A stretch of 64,000 nucleotides of DNA from positions 176,824,001 to 176,888,000 of the forward strand of contig OX597815.1 of NCBI GenBank assembly GCA_951406725.2, read 5' to 3'. Below the pieces are notes generated by a model, which was given only the letters and a program-made list of their open reading frames with translations, ran no database searches and was not told where the DNA came from. A program made the translations under genes and the position numbers. Position 1 is the stretch's first letter, and every line of letters begins with the position of its first letter. This DNA is from Octopus vulgaris (taxonomy: Eukaryota). Shown in pieces: positions 38,344 through 53,093 of the stretch.

Positions 38344-39457
38344 GTGGTTCTATGATATCGCTGTGTTGAAGTGTCCATGGGTGTAGCTCATGTTGACGAT
38401 AGAAATTGTAATGCTGGGGGTGATTACAAGAATAATGATGTATCTGGGAATATTGTTATAGCTTGGTGTTGATGATAAAAGTCGATAGTTTTAAAGGTGG
38501 TGTAACGAAGGACAACTTTGAAAAGCAGCCTAGCCACTGTGTTTGCACGCTTGTATTTTCTCGTACACCTTTTATTGTGTGAAGAACACGTGCGTTTTGG
38601 CTTGTAGTAAAAGAGAATATTGTTTTGTGTTAATGGTGATAATCATGGAGTTGGTTATGTTGTGATTGTTGTCTGTATTGGTGGAGTTTTTAGAGTCGGT
38701 GGTGATGTTGTTTGCGTTGGGGTTGTTAGTGTTGCTGATGACGCTGATAATGCATAAAGCAATATTGATGACGTTCTTATTTAATTCTCAAATGGCGTCC
38801 ATATGGCGCTCAGGGTCCATACGGCCTTTAGTGTCCATTTTATGTACGATTTTGTGAAATTTGTGCTCAATAAACTAGTTATGCTTCTGTATTACATAAA
38901 ATATTTCAACACTTGTTTTACATTAAAAAAATATTAAACGACTTGTAAAAATCGAATGGCTCCATCATTCGAGGCTCCATCAGAACAAAATAAGAACCAA
39001 GGAGATCTAGAGATGAAATAAAAGCAAAGAAGTAGTCGAGAAACACCATTCTATAGGACTATCAGTTCAGATGCAGCACTTGCCTTGCAGAGTTTGTCAA
39101 TTATTCCAGTTTGATTGGTAAAGCTGAACTCACAAAGACTTGAATCTATGAACACGTGACTCTTGAGTAAGAATAAACATCATGGCATATTTTGCATGTT
39201 GCACTTAGTCTGTCCACCATGTTTCTTCGAAAAACTGAGTGAGCCTTTTCTGCAGACTACTTCATATATATATATATATATGGAATCAAAATAAGCAACA
39301 AGGATATCCAAGGTAGAGTAGTACAATTGCTACTTCATTTTATTGTTGCTTATGTTCATTATAATCACCCCATTTGATTTATATGGATAATACCATACAA
39401 AATTCTGGTACCTTTAACTTAAGTACCATATTCATCTGAATCTAAATCTTTGCTGAA

Positions 39458-39498
<41 letters not shown>

Positions 39499-40208
39499 TC
39501 TCTCGGTATGTCTGACTGTCTCTGTCTGTCAGTCTCTCTCTCTCATTCTTTCTCTCTCTCTCTGTTTCACAGACACATATGGATGTGTTATGTATGTATG
39601 GTAAGAATGAATGTATCTATGGAGGTATGTGTGTATGTAATTTTCTGTATGTGATATGTGTACATTTGTGTGTGTAAATAAAGATATTTGCGTGAGAGAG
39701 TGTTTGTGTGTACACAAATGTACCTGTGAGACAAAGACAAGATTGTATTTACGCGTTTCTGTTCGTATATGGACGTTTGTACATATATTCGTTGTGCGTG
39801 CAACATGTGTGTGTGTGTGTGTCTGTGTGTGTTTGCGTACATGCATGCATGCATGCACACACATGTATCTTCTAATGTAGCCGAAAGTGGTGTGTAGCTA
39901 TAAATAAGAAAACACCTGTTGGAGAAAATCCATGACAGAACAAAGTTTTAACAGATAATAAAATTAGTAAAAAAAAAAAAAGAGGAATAAAACAGCGACG
40001 TTGAGATACTTAAGTGTGTGGCTGTCAATATCTTCCATTGTCTGTCATTGTAGTGTATTATCAATGAGAAGGAGAGATTAACGCAGAAAGGGAAAAGAGA
40101 TGTGTGTGTATGGGAGGGAGGGAGAGAGAGAGAGAGTGAAAGAGGAAAGAGACACATGGAAGACAATATATACGTCTTCAAAAAAAGTGTATATATATAT
40201 ATACACAA

Positions 40209-40251
<43 letters not shown>

Positions 40252-40261
40252 AACATACATA

Positions 40262-40293
<32 letters not shown>

Positions 40294-40349
40294 CACAAAC
40301 ATACATATATATGTATATATATATATATATATATACACAAACATACATA

Positions 40350-40397
<48 letters not shown>

Positions 40398-41194
40398 AAC
40401 ATATATATATCTATATGTACCGGAGTAAACACATAAATGTGAAACAGGGTGGAATAAAGAGTACTCAAATACCAGGGGTAGAGTAATATGCTTTATTTAA
40501 AAGCGGGAACATGAAACTCAGAGTAAAAGGTTTTGTTGAATTTTCTGCTGCTTTTAAATAAAGTGTATCTATATGTATATAGATATATATATACACAAAC
40601 ATATATATCTATATGTATATAGATATATATACAAACATACATATATATATATATGCATGTATGCATGAATATATATACGTGTGTGTGTATATATATATAT
40701 ATATGGTTAAATTGATGCATATATTTATACATGGGTGGATAGATAGAGGGATAGATGCGTAGATTTACAATTTTATAGGTAGTTGCATGCGAACATACAT
40801 ACGCACAAGCATACCTAACTACAAACATGCATACAGTAATGAGTACATCGATGGACAAATAAAAGAACAACTTGGAAAAAATTAATACAAATGTGATACA
40901 TTTCCATACCTAGGTACGCAAGCATACATACTAAACTACAGACATATATTCGTCCAATCAGTCATTCGTACATACATACATACATGTATTATATATATGT
41001 AACCGGATTCAGCTAAACTTTTTCTGTGAAATCTTTCAGAATGACCCTCCTATGCAATGGGAAAGTCTATCGTCTTCTTGTCCCACATTAGTACTTGTAA
41101 ATGCCTGCTATAATTTGCATTTAAAATCTATCAGTATGTGTGTGTGTGTATTATATCTTATATATATATATATATATATATATACACGTTCTTT

Positions 41195-41611
41195 GCTTCA
41201 GTCATTTGACTGCGACCATGCTGGAGCACTGCCTTTAGTCGAACAAATGGACCTCATAACTTATTCTTTGTAAGCGTGGTACTTATTTGCCGAACCGCTA
41301 AGTTACGGGGACTTAAACACACCGACATTAGTTGTCAAGCAATGAGGAGGGGGACAAACACAGGCACACAAATGCACACACACACACACATACACACACA
41401 CATATATATATATATGATATACAGGATTTTGATATCCCTTAATGAGGTTTGTAACCTTTATTTGGATACATAAATACGGCGGGCTTCTTTCAGTTAACGT
41501 CCAACAAGTCCACTCACAAGGCTATAGTAGAAGACACTTGCCCAAGTGGGACTGAACCGGGAACCCTATGGTTGAGAAGCAAGCTACTTACCACATAACC
41601 ACTCCTGCGCC
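41195..41611 (-). mobile_element. SINE family B (with deletions)
   Basis: Reverse-complement match to 48801-49228. Confidence 0.8.
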
Positions 41612-41721
41612 TATTTATATAGGTGTGTGTGTGTGTGTGTGTTTCACTTCATTTTCCAGACTACCGGATATTGCTACACACCGCTGGTCACCATGCGCTT
41701 CCTCACATTGCTTTAGATATC

Positions 41722-41952
41722 TATTTCTTTACTACCCACAAAGGGCTAAACACAGATGGGACAAACAAGGACAAAGGGATTAAGTCGATTACATCGACCC
41801 CAGTGCGTAAGTGATACTTAATTTATCGACCCCGAAAAGATGAAAGGCAAAGTCGACCTCGGCGGAATTTGAACTCGGAACGTATTGACAGACGAAATAC
41901 GGCTACGCATTTCGCCCGGCGTGCTAACGTTTCTGCCAGCTCGCCGCCTTTG
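41722..41952 (-). mobile_element. SINE family A, full length
   Basis: TSD tttagatatc at 41712-41721 and 41954-41963. Confidence 0.9.
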
Positions 41953-41969
41953 TTTTAGATATCGAATGA

Positions 41970-42147
41970 TGGTACCTCGCTGGCTAGGGGGCAGGCCATC
42001 CTTCTCCCCTGATCAGGGGACTGTTCCCCCGCAGTGTTACCCATTGACAGTGGGATGGACTGGAGCAACGTGAAGTGAAGTCCCTTGCTCAGGAACGCAG
42101 CGCACAGCTGGTTTCTGAATCGAAACCACAGTCTTGCTATTGTGAGC
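41970..42147 (-). mobile_element. SINE family D-related fragment
   Basis: actggagcaacgtgaa shared with 55047-55063; degenerate B box gaatcgaaacc. Confidence 0.55.
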
Positions 42148-42250
42148 CTCTTTTGCCGAACCGCTATGTTACGGGGACGTAAACACACCAAACATCGGTT
42201 GTCAATCGATGTCGGGGGAGGGGGACACAGACACACATATACACACACGT

Positions 42251-42328
<78 letters not shown>

Positions 42329-42494
42329 TTATATATACGACGGGCTTCTTTCAGTTTCCGTCTACCAAATCAACTCACAAGGCTTTGGTCGGCCCGAGGC
42401 TGTAGTAGAAGACACTTGCCCAAGTTGCCACGCAGTGGGACTGAACCCGGAACCATGTGGTTGGTAAGCAAGCTACTTACCACACAGCCACTCC
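42148..42494 (-). mobile_element. SINE family B (3' part missing)
   Basis: Match to the family B copies. Confidence 0.85.
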
Positions 42495-43666
42495 ATGTAG
42501 ATGTTTCTATAAAATGCTTTATTCAGATGGCTTTTACTTTGAAACCATAAACTGGATTTGTGGTCGTTTCCGGTTATTCCAACAGCAGTGGAAAAACGGG
42601 AACGCGAGACTCAGGGTTATCTGCTGAGCTGCGTTAATGAAGGTCTGTCGTATCCAATATACGTGGATTTATGAATTTTTGTTTTTGAGGTGTGTGTTTC
42701 TCTAGGTGAGTGTAAGAGTACGTGTGTGTGTGTGTGTGCGCGCGCGCGCTTGTGTACATGCAACTGGTGCAGAGAGACAGAGGTTGAAAAGGAAAGATAT
42801 GGAGAGAGAGGAATGAATGAATTTGTGGGACAGATAGAAAGCCTGTCGCCATCCACATTGATTGATAAGCTGAATGAGTGATGGACACAGCTGTAGATAA
42901 ATAACAGAATGTGAAAGTAGAGAAGTGAGAGATAAAGAACTATTGAGGAGCAGCCGGGGAGGGGGAGCGAGAAGGGTGGGGTGAGGGGGAAAGACATTTA
43001 GAGAGAAATAAAAGAGGAGGGATCGTGGGAGGGAGATAACGGAATGATTATTAGAGAGAGAGAAAAACAAAGAAAGAAAGGAAGAGATGAAATATGTTTG
43101 CGTCGTGTATTGTTTAACCCAAATCAGCTCTTGTTGAACAAAAACTTATTACCAAAGGCGTTCCGGCCGTAACCATCACGCATTATCCATGATTATATTC
43201 TCTGACGAGTATAATTCTTTTTATTTCCTTTTTTGTTGTTTTTGTTTTTCGAGATTGTTGAGTGTTAATTGACTTGTTTTAGTTACATTCGAGGAAACTG
43301 TCATACGAACACCCTTCTTTGGAAATTGTTAAATAGGAAGGTAGATAGATAGGTAGGTACGTAGGTAGATGCATGATTAGACAAATGTAAGAACTTATTG
43401 ATGGCTGGGTGTACGGCTGGAAAGATGGATGGATGGATAGATTGACGGATGGATGGAGGGATAGGATATTTTGCTGGGTTGATGGATAGATGGCGAGATA
43501 AATCGAGTGATGAGTATATATATATATACAGATAGAGTGGATTTGAAGAATTATTGGTCTGAAGAAAAAAATGTGTAGAACAGAGATGCAAAATTAAAAT
43601 TATTTTTATGGAGTAGATTCAGAGAGAGAGAGAGATGGGTGCTACGGAGTATAAATGAAAGAGGAA

Positions 43667-43698
<32 letters not shown>

Positions 43699-44285
43699 TA
43701 ATAATAATGATAATGATAAAAGAATACGAAAAAATAGGGGAGAGAGAGAAGAAACATAGAGGAATTGAGTGAGCGAAAGAAATTTAATGGAAAATGATAG
43801 GATAAGAAGATAAGAAAACGGAGAAGAAATAAGGATAAAGAGAAAGAGAGGGAGAGAAAAGGAGATTGAGAGAAAGAGAGACGGAGAAAAAAATAGAAAA
43901 ATGGATAGGAGCAAAAAAATACGTGAAGGGGAAAAGATAGTGAGGTGTCTGGAAATATTTTTATTAGAAGAGGAAGATGTAGAAGAAAGAGTAAAAAGGA
44001 AAGAGAAATAGAGATAAGTGTTTAATAGTGAGTGGGGAGAAGTGGGAGGGAGTTTGATGTGAAGAAGGGGAGGGGGGTAGAAATGATAGCAGAGAAGAGG
44101 AGGGAGAGGAAAACTGAGTGGGCTGGGTGTTGTAAACAAGGTAAAGCGCACGCGCTCATATGTAGTATACACACACATATATACGCACATACACGCATAC
44201 ATAGATATATTGACACACATATATGCGCACACACGTATATATATATATATATATATACATACATATACACATTATATATATGATA

Positions 44286-44650
44286 GGAGCAGTTTGGCTG
44301 TGCTGTAGGTAGCTTGCTTACCAGCCACACGGTTCTGGGTTCAGTCCCACTGCGTGGCACCTTGGGCAAGTGTCTTCTACTATAACCTCGGGCCGACATA
44401 AGCCTTGGTAGACAGAAACTGTGAAGAAGCACTTCGTATATATTTATGTGCGTGTTTGAGTTTGCCCCCCACACACACACGCCAAAGCTTGACAACCGAT
44501 GTTGGTGTGTTTGTCCCCACAACATAGCGGTTCGGCAAAAGAGACCGATAGGATAAGTACTAGGCTTACAAAGAATAATTCCTGGGATCGATGTGTTCGA
44601 CTAAAGGCGGTGCTCCAGCATGGCCGCAGTTTAATGACCGAAACAAAGGA
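44286..44650 (+). mobile_element. SINE family B
   Basis: Match to the family B copies. Confidence 0.85.
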
Positions 44651-45380
44651 ATATAGATATACGAATATATATATATATTTATATATACATGAATATATAT
44701 AAATAAAAACAAATATATATATATATACATGTATATATATTTATATATATATATACACATGTATGTATATATATATACATGTATATATATTTGTATATAT
44801 ATACTTGTATAGATATTTATATAGATAAATAATATATACATATATAAATATATATACATATATACACATTTTTATTTATATACAAGTATATATATATATA
44901 TATATAGTCATATATCTATTTATATAAATATATATTTCATTCTTTTCACTGTCCCAATTTCTTTCTCTCTCTCCCTCCCTCCCTCTCTCTACGACCTCTC
45001 TTTCTCCTTTATATATATATATATATATATACATGCACGCACTTACATATATGTACGTACCTACATATATATGTATATATACATGCATATAGGGGTACAC
45101 ACACACAAACACACTCATTAGTTATGAGTTTCAGTAGAATCTAGGATCATTGACGTGTAGGACGCCAGAAATGGCTAAGTACAATAGCATAGGGTTAACA
45201 CTGACGTAAAAAAAAAAATAGACCCCCCCCACAAGAAGGTACCGTGTGTTGATAGGATACTCTAGATACGTTAGAATCAAATTCAATTTAAACCGTAGAT
45301 CCGACTCAAAGCTGGTTCAATGTGGGGCGTAGGTATAAAATAGAACGCAAATGAGGTTTCCAGTCGAAACCCTATCATAT

Positions 45381-45795
45381 ACTTACTTTTACTTTACTTT
45401 TACTTGTTTCAGTCATTTGACTGCGGCCATGCTGGAGCACCGCCTTTAATCGAGCAACTCGACCCCGGGACTTATTCTTTGTAAGCCCAGTACTTATTCT
45501 ATCGGTCTCTTTTGCCGAACCGCTAAGTGACGGGGCCATAAACACACCAGCATCGGTTGCCAAGCAATGCTAGGGGGACAAATACAGACACACAAACATA
45601 CATGCACACACATATATATATATACATATATACGACGGGCTTCTTTCAGTTTCCGTCTACCAAATCCACTCACAAGGCTTTGGTCGGCCCGAGGCTATAG
45701 TGGAAGACACTTGCCCAAGGTGCCACGCAGTGGGACTGAACCCGGAACCATGTGGTCGGTAAGCAAGCTACGTACCACCCAGCCACTCCTGCGCC
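45381..45795 (-). mobile_element. SINE family B, full length
   Basis: Near-identical to the reverse complement of 48801-49228. Confidence 0.92.
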
Positions 45796-45823
45796 TATAT
45801 ATATATTATATATATATATATAT

Positions 45824-46150
45824 TCTTTTATTTGTTCCAGTCATTTGACTGCGGCCATGCTGGAGCACCGCCTTTAGTCGAGCATATCCACTCCGGGACT
45901 TATTCTTTGTAAACCTAGTACGTATTCTATCGGTCTCTTTTGCTAAACCGCTTAGTTACGGGGACGTAAACACACCAGCATTGGTCGTGAAATACATACA
46001 TATATACGACGGGCTTCTTTCAGTTTCCATCTACCAAATGCACTCTCAAGGCTTTGGTCGGCCCAAGATTGCCCAAAGTGATACGCAGTAGGACTGAACC
46101 CGGAACCATGTGGTTGGTATGCAAGTTACCACACAGCTTCTCGTGCGCCT
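45824..46150 (-). mobile_element. SINE family B, tandem head-to-tail with the previous copy
   Basis: Match with internal deletions; separated from the previous copy by (TA)n. Confidence 0.85.
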
Positions 46151-46734
46151 TTGTCTATATGCATAGAGTGAGGGGGAAGGAGAGAGAGAAATTGGGACAG
46201 TGAAAAGAAAAATAGATATCCCAGGGTGACAAGAAGAAGAATATAGAAGGAAAATACATAAAATGAGTGAGAGAAAGAATTAGATTTTTTTGTGACGAAC
46301 CATAAGAAAAAGCGATTTAAAAATTAAGAGAGGAACCGAGTTAAGAGAGAGAAAGAGAGAGAGAGAGGGGGAGAGAGACGGACGGAATGGTAGATAGACA
46401 GAAAGAAATAGAAGAAGAATGGGAAGAAGGATGAGGAGACGAAAAGGAAGGAATGAGCGAATGAATAAAAAGCTAAGCAATTAAACAGATTGCATAAGGG
46501 CAAGAGATGGAGATATAACATAGATAGAAAGATAGATAGATAGAGGGAGAGAGGGAAAGGAGGTGAATGTAACGTTAAAAAGAGGGGGGGAGAATTAGGG
46601 TGGCCAGGACAAAGCTAAAGTGAAAGACGGAAAGATGGAAGAAGAGAATAAAAGGTGAAAAGATAGCACGAAGGAAAGAAATGACAAAATGACAAAAAGA
46701 GAAGACAGCAATAATAGCCAGACAGACACACTGA

Positions 46735-46926
46735 GAGATAGATAGATAGATAGATAGATAGATAGGTAGGTAGGTATAGATAGATAGGTAGGTAGGTAGG
46801 TAGAGATAGATAGATAGGTAGGTAGGTAGGTAGAGAGAGATAGATAGATAGATAGATAGATAGGTAGGTAGGTAGAGATAGATAGGTAGGTAGGTAGGTA
46901 GGTAGAGATAGATAGATAGATAGATA
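46735..46926. repeat. (GATA)n/(GGTA)n compound microsatellite; complementary type at 54391-54650
   Basis: Direct reading. Confidence 0.95.
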
Positions 46927-47255
46927 GGCCGAGAGAAAAAGTGACAGGCAGAAAGAAAGAAACAGAGAGAGAGAGAAAATAGTAAGAAAAGGAGAGAAAG
47001 TGAGGAATACTTGAATATATGAACGGTAAATAAAGTCTACCAACCCCAATGGTGGAGCAGAAACACACGTCAGGTACAAAGCGATTGGGTGGGGAGGAAT
47101 GGATTGGTGTAAAGAGTTTGGGAAACACAACAGTGTAATGTTTGAATAGGATTGAAATATAAAGTCACTCAGGCACAAGTGTGTGTATATATATATATAT
47201 ATATTGTGTATGTGTGTGTATAAATAAATATATATATATATATAGAAAATATAGT

Positions 47256-47616
47256 CTTTACTCTTTTACTTGTTTCAATCATTTGACTGCGGCCTGCTGG
47301 AGCAAATCGACCCCGGGACTTATTCTTTGTAAGCCCAGTACTTATTCTATCGCGCTCTTTTGCCGAACCGCTAAGTGACGGGGACGTAAACACATCAGCA
47401 TCGGTTGTCAAGCAATGCTAGGGGGACAAACACATACACATATATATACATATATACAACAGGCTTCTTTCAGTTTCCGTCTACAAATCCACTCACAAGG
47501 CATTGGTCGGCCCGGGGCTATAGCAGAAGACACTTGCCCAAGATGCCACGCAGTGGGACTGAACCCGGAACCATGTGGCTGGTTAGCAAGCTACTTACCA
47601 CACAGCCACTCCTGCG
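47256..47616 (-). mobile_element. SINE family B
   Basis: Match to the family B copies. Confidence 0.9.
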
Positions 47617-47941
47617 CATATATAAATATATATATATAAATTTATACATACATGCACAGCAACCACTGCATTAAACGATAAGTACACACAGACACACACG
47701 ATACATACGGCTACCTACCTACGTATATACCTACCTACCTACCTACATACATATATGTATGTGTGTGTGTGTGTACTTATCAATTTACGCAGTGATCTCT
47801 GGCAACATCATTTAGGGTTTAATCAATTTGAACTTGAGCTTTTCGGATCGAATGAGGAGACGTCGAGCGAACAGAAAGTAACTCTTCAAGTTCTACTCTG
47901 CCATGTTCTGCAACATCCTCACATCCTCCAATCCCTTCCAC

Positions 47942-48041
<100 letters not shown>

Positions 48042-48403
48042 GTGTACGCACTTTTTTTTTTGCATTCATTGGACATTAGCCGCGCTGGAGCACCGCCTTA
48101 TCGGGCTCGTTGAAGAAATGGATCCCACTCTCATCTTACTTCATGTAACTATTCTATCGGCTGCATTTGCCAAAGCAGTTAGCGACGGGAAGTAAATAAA
48201 CCAGCATAGGTTACCAAGCAATAAATGGACAAACACAAGTACACACACACACATACATACGCACACATATTATATGTATGTTTTTATGCATGTATGTATC
48301 TAGCTATCAATCCCCCCTCTCTCTATGTCTATCTCTCCCTCTATCTGTCTGACTCTCTCTCTCTCTCTCTCTGTATGTATGTATATATATATATATATAT
48401 ATA

Positions 48404-48526
48404 GGCGCAGGACTGGCTGTATGGTAAGTAGCTTACTTACCAACCACATGGTTCCGGGTTCAGTCCTACTGCGTGGCACCTTAGGCAAGTGTCTTCTATA
48501 ACCACGGGCCGACCAAAGAAGCTTGT

Positions 48527-48588
<62 letters not shown>

Positions 48589-48787
48589 CCTGTGTTTGTC
48601 TCCCACCCAACATTGCTTGACAACCGATGCTGGTGTGTTTACGTCCCACCCCCGTAACTTAGCGGTTCTGCAAAAGATACCAATAGAATAAGTACTAGGC
48701 TTACAGAGAAGTGCTGGAGTCAAAATGCTCGACTAAAGGCGGTGCTCCAGCATGGCTGCAGTCAAATGACTGAAACAAGTAAATAAA
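48404..48787 (+). mobile_element. SINE family B
   Basis: Match to the family B copies; starts after (TA)n. Confidence 0.88.
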
Positions 48788-48800
48788 ATATATACATATA

Positions 48801-48971
48801 GGCGCAGGAGTGGCTGTGTGGTAAGTAGCTTGTTTACCAACCACATAGTTCCGGGTTCAGTCCCACTGCGTGGAACCTTGGGCAAGTGTCTTCTACTATA
48901 GTCTCGGGCCGACCAAAGCCTTGTGAGTGGATTTGGTAGACGGAAACTGAAAGAAGTCCATCGTATATATG

Positions 48972-49006
<35 letters not shown>

Positions 49007-49228
49007 TTGTGTATCTGTGTTTGTCCCCCTAGCATTGCTTGACAACCGATGCTGGTGTGTTTATGTCCCCGTCACTTAGCGGTTCGGCAAAAAGAGACCG
49101 ATAGAATAAGTACTACTGGGCTTACAAAGAATAAGTACCGGGGTCGAGTTGCTCGATTAAAGGTGGTGCTCCAGCATGGCCGCAGTCAAATGACTGAAAC
49201 AAGTAAAAGAGTAAAAAAGAGTAAGAGT
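48801..49228 (+). mobile_element. SINE family B, full-length reference copy
   Basis: Head ggcgcaggagtggctgtgtggtaag...gggttcagtccc; CORE-like accttgggcaagtgtctt; internal (TA)n(TG)n; tail tgactgaaacaagt(aaaagagt)n. Confidence 0.92.
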
Positions 49229-49762
49229 ATACATATATATATATATGTGTGTGTGTATGACAGGTTCCCCTATAGGTTTTTTTCCCTACGCTTCTTACTG
49301 TCGGCTCGGGGTTATAGCAGAAGCTAGTGTTGCCACGCAGTGAGATTGAATCCGTGATTTCGTCGATAGGAAACTGGCGACTTTAATCGCACGGCGATGC
49401 CTTGCGCCCACGTATATAAAAGTTTGCACTTCGATCATTCGCACACACGCACACATATCCATGTGTGTGTGTGTGTGTGTGTGTATTTGTGTACCATTTC
49501 TCCCTTTTTATTTTTCCGCCCTTGTTTTCGTATGCATTCGCTGCCTTCTTCCAAGGAATCTAGTGCTTTTAGCTCAATTTTTTTTCTTGGGGCTGGCCAA
49601 ATTGGAGCAATCTCGAGTATAACCAACCGAAATTGCAAAAATAATCTGGAACTCGACTGAGGAAAGAAAACCCCGAATGACTCATCCTTGTGTATTCTTG
49701 TCCCTTTTTTGTATCATCTAACTGTCTGGATGTTTTGCGTTCTTGTCCCATTTTTTGTATTC

Positions 49763-49810
<48 letters not shown>

Positions 49811-49830
49811 AAATGGAGAACACACACACT

Positions 49831-50109
49831 GCGTGCATAAATCTCTATTAAGGTTTATGTCTTTTTATATGCTCATAATACTTGTTTACCTGCATGTATG
49901 GGCATTTATATATATATATATATATATATGCCCATACATGCAGGTAAACAAGTATTATGAGCATATAAATAGACATAAACCTTAATAGAGATTTCTGCAT
50001 GTATAGGCATCTATATATATATATGTATATATAAATGCCCATACATGCAGGTAAACAAGTATTATGAGCATATAAAAAGACATAAACCTTAATAGAGATT
50101 TATGCACGC
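49831..50109. repeat. About 77-bp unit present once forward and twice inverted, with (TA)n at the junctions
   Basis: 49831-49907 is the reverse complement of about 49928-49998 and 50032-50109. Confidence 0.9.
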
Positions 50110-50639
50110 CGTGTGTGTGTGTGTAATAAGAAAGTATGAATGAAGAAGGAAAAGAGATTAATAAACAGGTATATTAAAGTATTTGAGTGAGATAGAGAGA
50201 GAGAGGTAGTGAATGAATGAGTGGAGACGTGAAAGAGTATGGAGTTGGAGAAAAGCGATGAAGAACATTAACAGAAAAAGATATAAAGAATGAAAAAGAC
50301 GTTATGGAAGTCAGAATGTGTGAGAAGGAAATCAAGAAATAGACAGACGAAAGAAAGAATGAAAAGAGAGAAAGAAGAAAGAAGAAAAATGTGGAAAGAA
50401 AGAATGAAGGATGAATGTAAAGAAAATTTCATGAACGAAATAAGGGCGAAGTAAATAATGTAAAAAAATAAATAATTGAATTAAAAAATAAATAAAAAGC
50501 CAGAGCGATGGGAAAAAAGTTGGAAATGAAAGAGAAGAGAAATACAATTAATGTGGGAAATATGTTAAAAATAATGTTTTCTTAAGATAGGCACAAGGTC
50601 GCTTCTTTGGAAGAGGGTGGGAGAACAGGTGGTTGTAGA

Positions 50640-51128
50640 AAAATATACCTGAGAGCTATTTTATTGCGTCCCGGAATAAAGAAAGACCGGGTCAAACACG
50701 GCTGGATTTGAACTGAGATTCTAAAAAAGGGCGTGAATATATATAGCGGACGGCTTTTAGTGTCCGGTGCTCGACCGATTTTGAAAGTCGGAGAAACAGA
50801 GTAGGCACGAACGACCGAGGAGAAAAGAAGAGAACATTGCGCGTATGTGTGTGACAGAAAGAGAGGAAAACACACGAAACAAGAGCGTGGGGGAGAGAGA
50901 GAGAAAGAGAGAGATAGAGAGTAGGAGAGAAAGAGAGAGGAAGAGTGAGAGAGGGATAGAAAGAGAGAGAATGATAAGGCTAGTGGGGAGTTTAGGCTAA
51001 GCGAACCAGCAAGCTAAGAGAGACGCGACAGAGAAGACACCTGTTGGAAAGTACTCCGTTGTGATGAAAGGTTGTCAATCTCTCAGTATAGCTGTTGATA
51101 CTTTCGGACTATCGCTTCGTTAGTAAGT
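50640..51128 (+). promoter_or_regulatory. Candidate Pol II promoter and first exon
   Basis: Non-repetitive CpG-rich patch; tatatatag at 50738; GA-rich leader; splice donor ta|GTAAGT at 51123 followed by T-rich intron-like DNA. Confidence 0.45.
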
Positions 51129-51729
51129 TTCCTTTCATTATTGCTCACCTATTATTATTATTATTATTATTATTTATTATTATTTATCATTAATACTCCT
51201 GCCTCTACTGTTACTAATACCGTACATGACTTTCCCCTTGATTTTTTTTTTCGTTAATATTTTCATATATTACACACGCATACACACACACACACAGACA
51301 CCTATACACACACGCATGCACATTGGTATATATATATATATATATTTGTTAACATGGTGTAACATTATTTTTTCCTTGCTACCGTTTTGTTATGACTGAT
51401 TGCAATTGTTATTTATTCCAAAAATGATTTTTTTTTGTGTGTGTTTTATTTGTTTCTTTTTTTTCTGATTTTTTTCGTTTTGTCTCTTTCTGCTGTCGTC
51501 AGACATAATTATGAAATATTATTTCTTCAATCTTTAATGTTTATTTGATTTCTGTGTTTGTTTATTTTTCCGCCTTTCATTATTATAACCAGTGCATTAT
51601 TAATCTAGCGTTTCCGAAATACAACGTTCGTCTAGTTTATTAATCTTATAAATACGTTCATCTTCATTAGTTTTTATCAACCATTTTATCAATCAAACAG
51701 AATTACACACACACACATACACACACACA

Positions 51730-51778
<49 letters not shown>

Positions 51779-51847
51779 ACACACATACACACACACACAT
51801 ACATACACACACACACACATACATACACACACATACATACATATATT

Positions 51848-51878
<31 letters not shown>

Positions 51879-51938
51879 ACATATATATATATGCATGCTT
51901 ACATATATGTATATATATATATATGTGTATAGATATAC

Positions 51939-51986
<48 letters not shown>

Positions 51987-51996
51987 ATAGATATAC

Positions 51997-52057
<61 letters not shown>

Positions 52058-52589
52058 CGCATAATCACAAATGTTTATATATTTATATAAATGTGCGTGT
52101 GTGTATGTGTTTAGATATAAGCGTGTCTATATATGTATGTGTATATGTATGTATGCATGCATATATATATACTCATATATACACACTCACGTATATATAT
52201 ACACATACACGCACACTAATGAAGAAAATATTTGATAACAAAATGTAATTATATCCATCTTAACGTACGTACGTGTGTGTGTTTGTTTGTGTGTGTGTGT
52301 GTGTGTATACCCATTTCACGGGAGAAACTCTCTCAACGTCCACATAGCCAACAGCGCCACACCGTGGTGCGCACGCCTGCCTGTGTGTGCGCATGTGTCC
52401 GGCTAACCCTACTTTGCGTAACTGTCTCCATATATCTTCCCCAGTCATCTAACTCATGAGACTTTGGCTGCGAGCGGGTGACATTGTTTGCACGCATGTG
52501 TGTGTGTGTGCTTCTGTGCAATGTATAAGTGCCATAGTTTCTAGTCTGTGTATGTGTGTCCGTACATGCGTTCTAGAGTTACACACGGC

Positions 52590-52627
<38 letters not shown>

Positions 52628-53062
52628 AGAAGCTATGTTATCTTCTCTTCGGTTAATATATGCATTGGCGTTGTATATTCTGTTTTAGATAAACATTTCG
52701 ATGACTATTTGTCTAACGCTGACTCTATATCCGTCCTTCTTTCTTTCTCTCTCTCTTTCACTCTCCCAAGCTCTCTTGCTCTCTTTCTCGTGCTGGCTTT
52801 CTATAGCAATAATCTATCTGTCTATCAATCTATTTGTCTATCTGTCTTCCTGTCTGTCTGTCTATCTACCTGTTTGTCTATCTGTCTGTCTGTCTCTCCC
52901 TATCTCTCTCTCTGTATATCTCTATCTCCCTATCTCTCTCTCTCTATCAATCTATCTATCTACCTGTTTGTCTATCTATCTATCTATCTGTCTGTCTATC
53001 TGGCTCTACCTATCTCTCTCTATCTCTCTCTATCTCCCTATCTCTCTCTCTCTATCTATCTG

Positions 53063-53093
<31 letters not shown>

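Noticed and set aside
51060-51110. Pre-miRNA hairpin gaaagg...actttc
   Set aside because: The stem is short and imperfect and matches no miRNA I recognise
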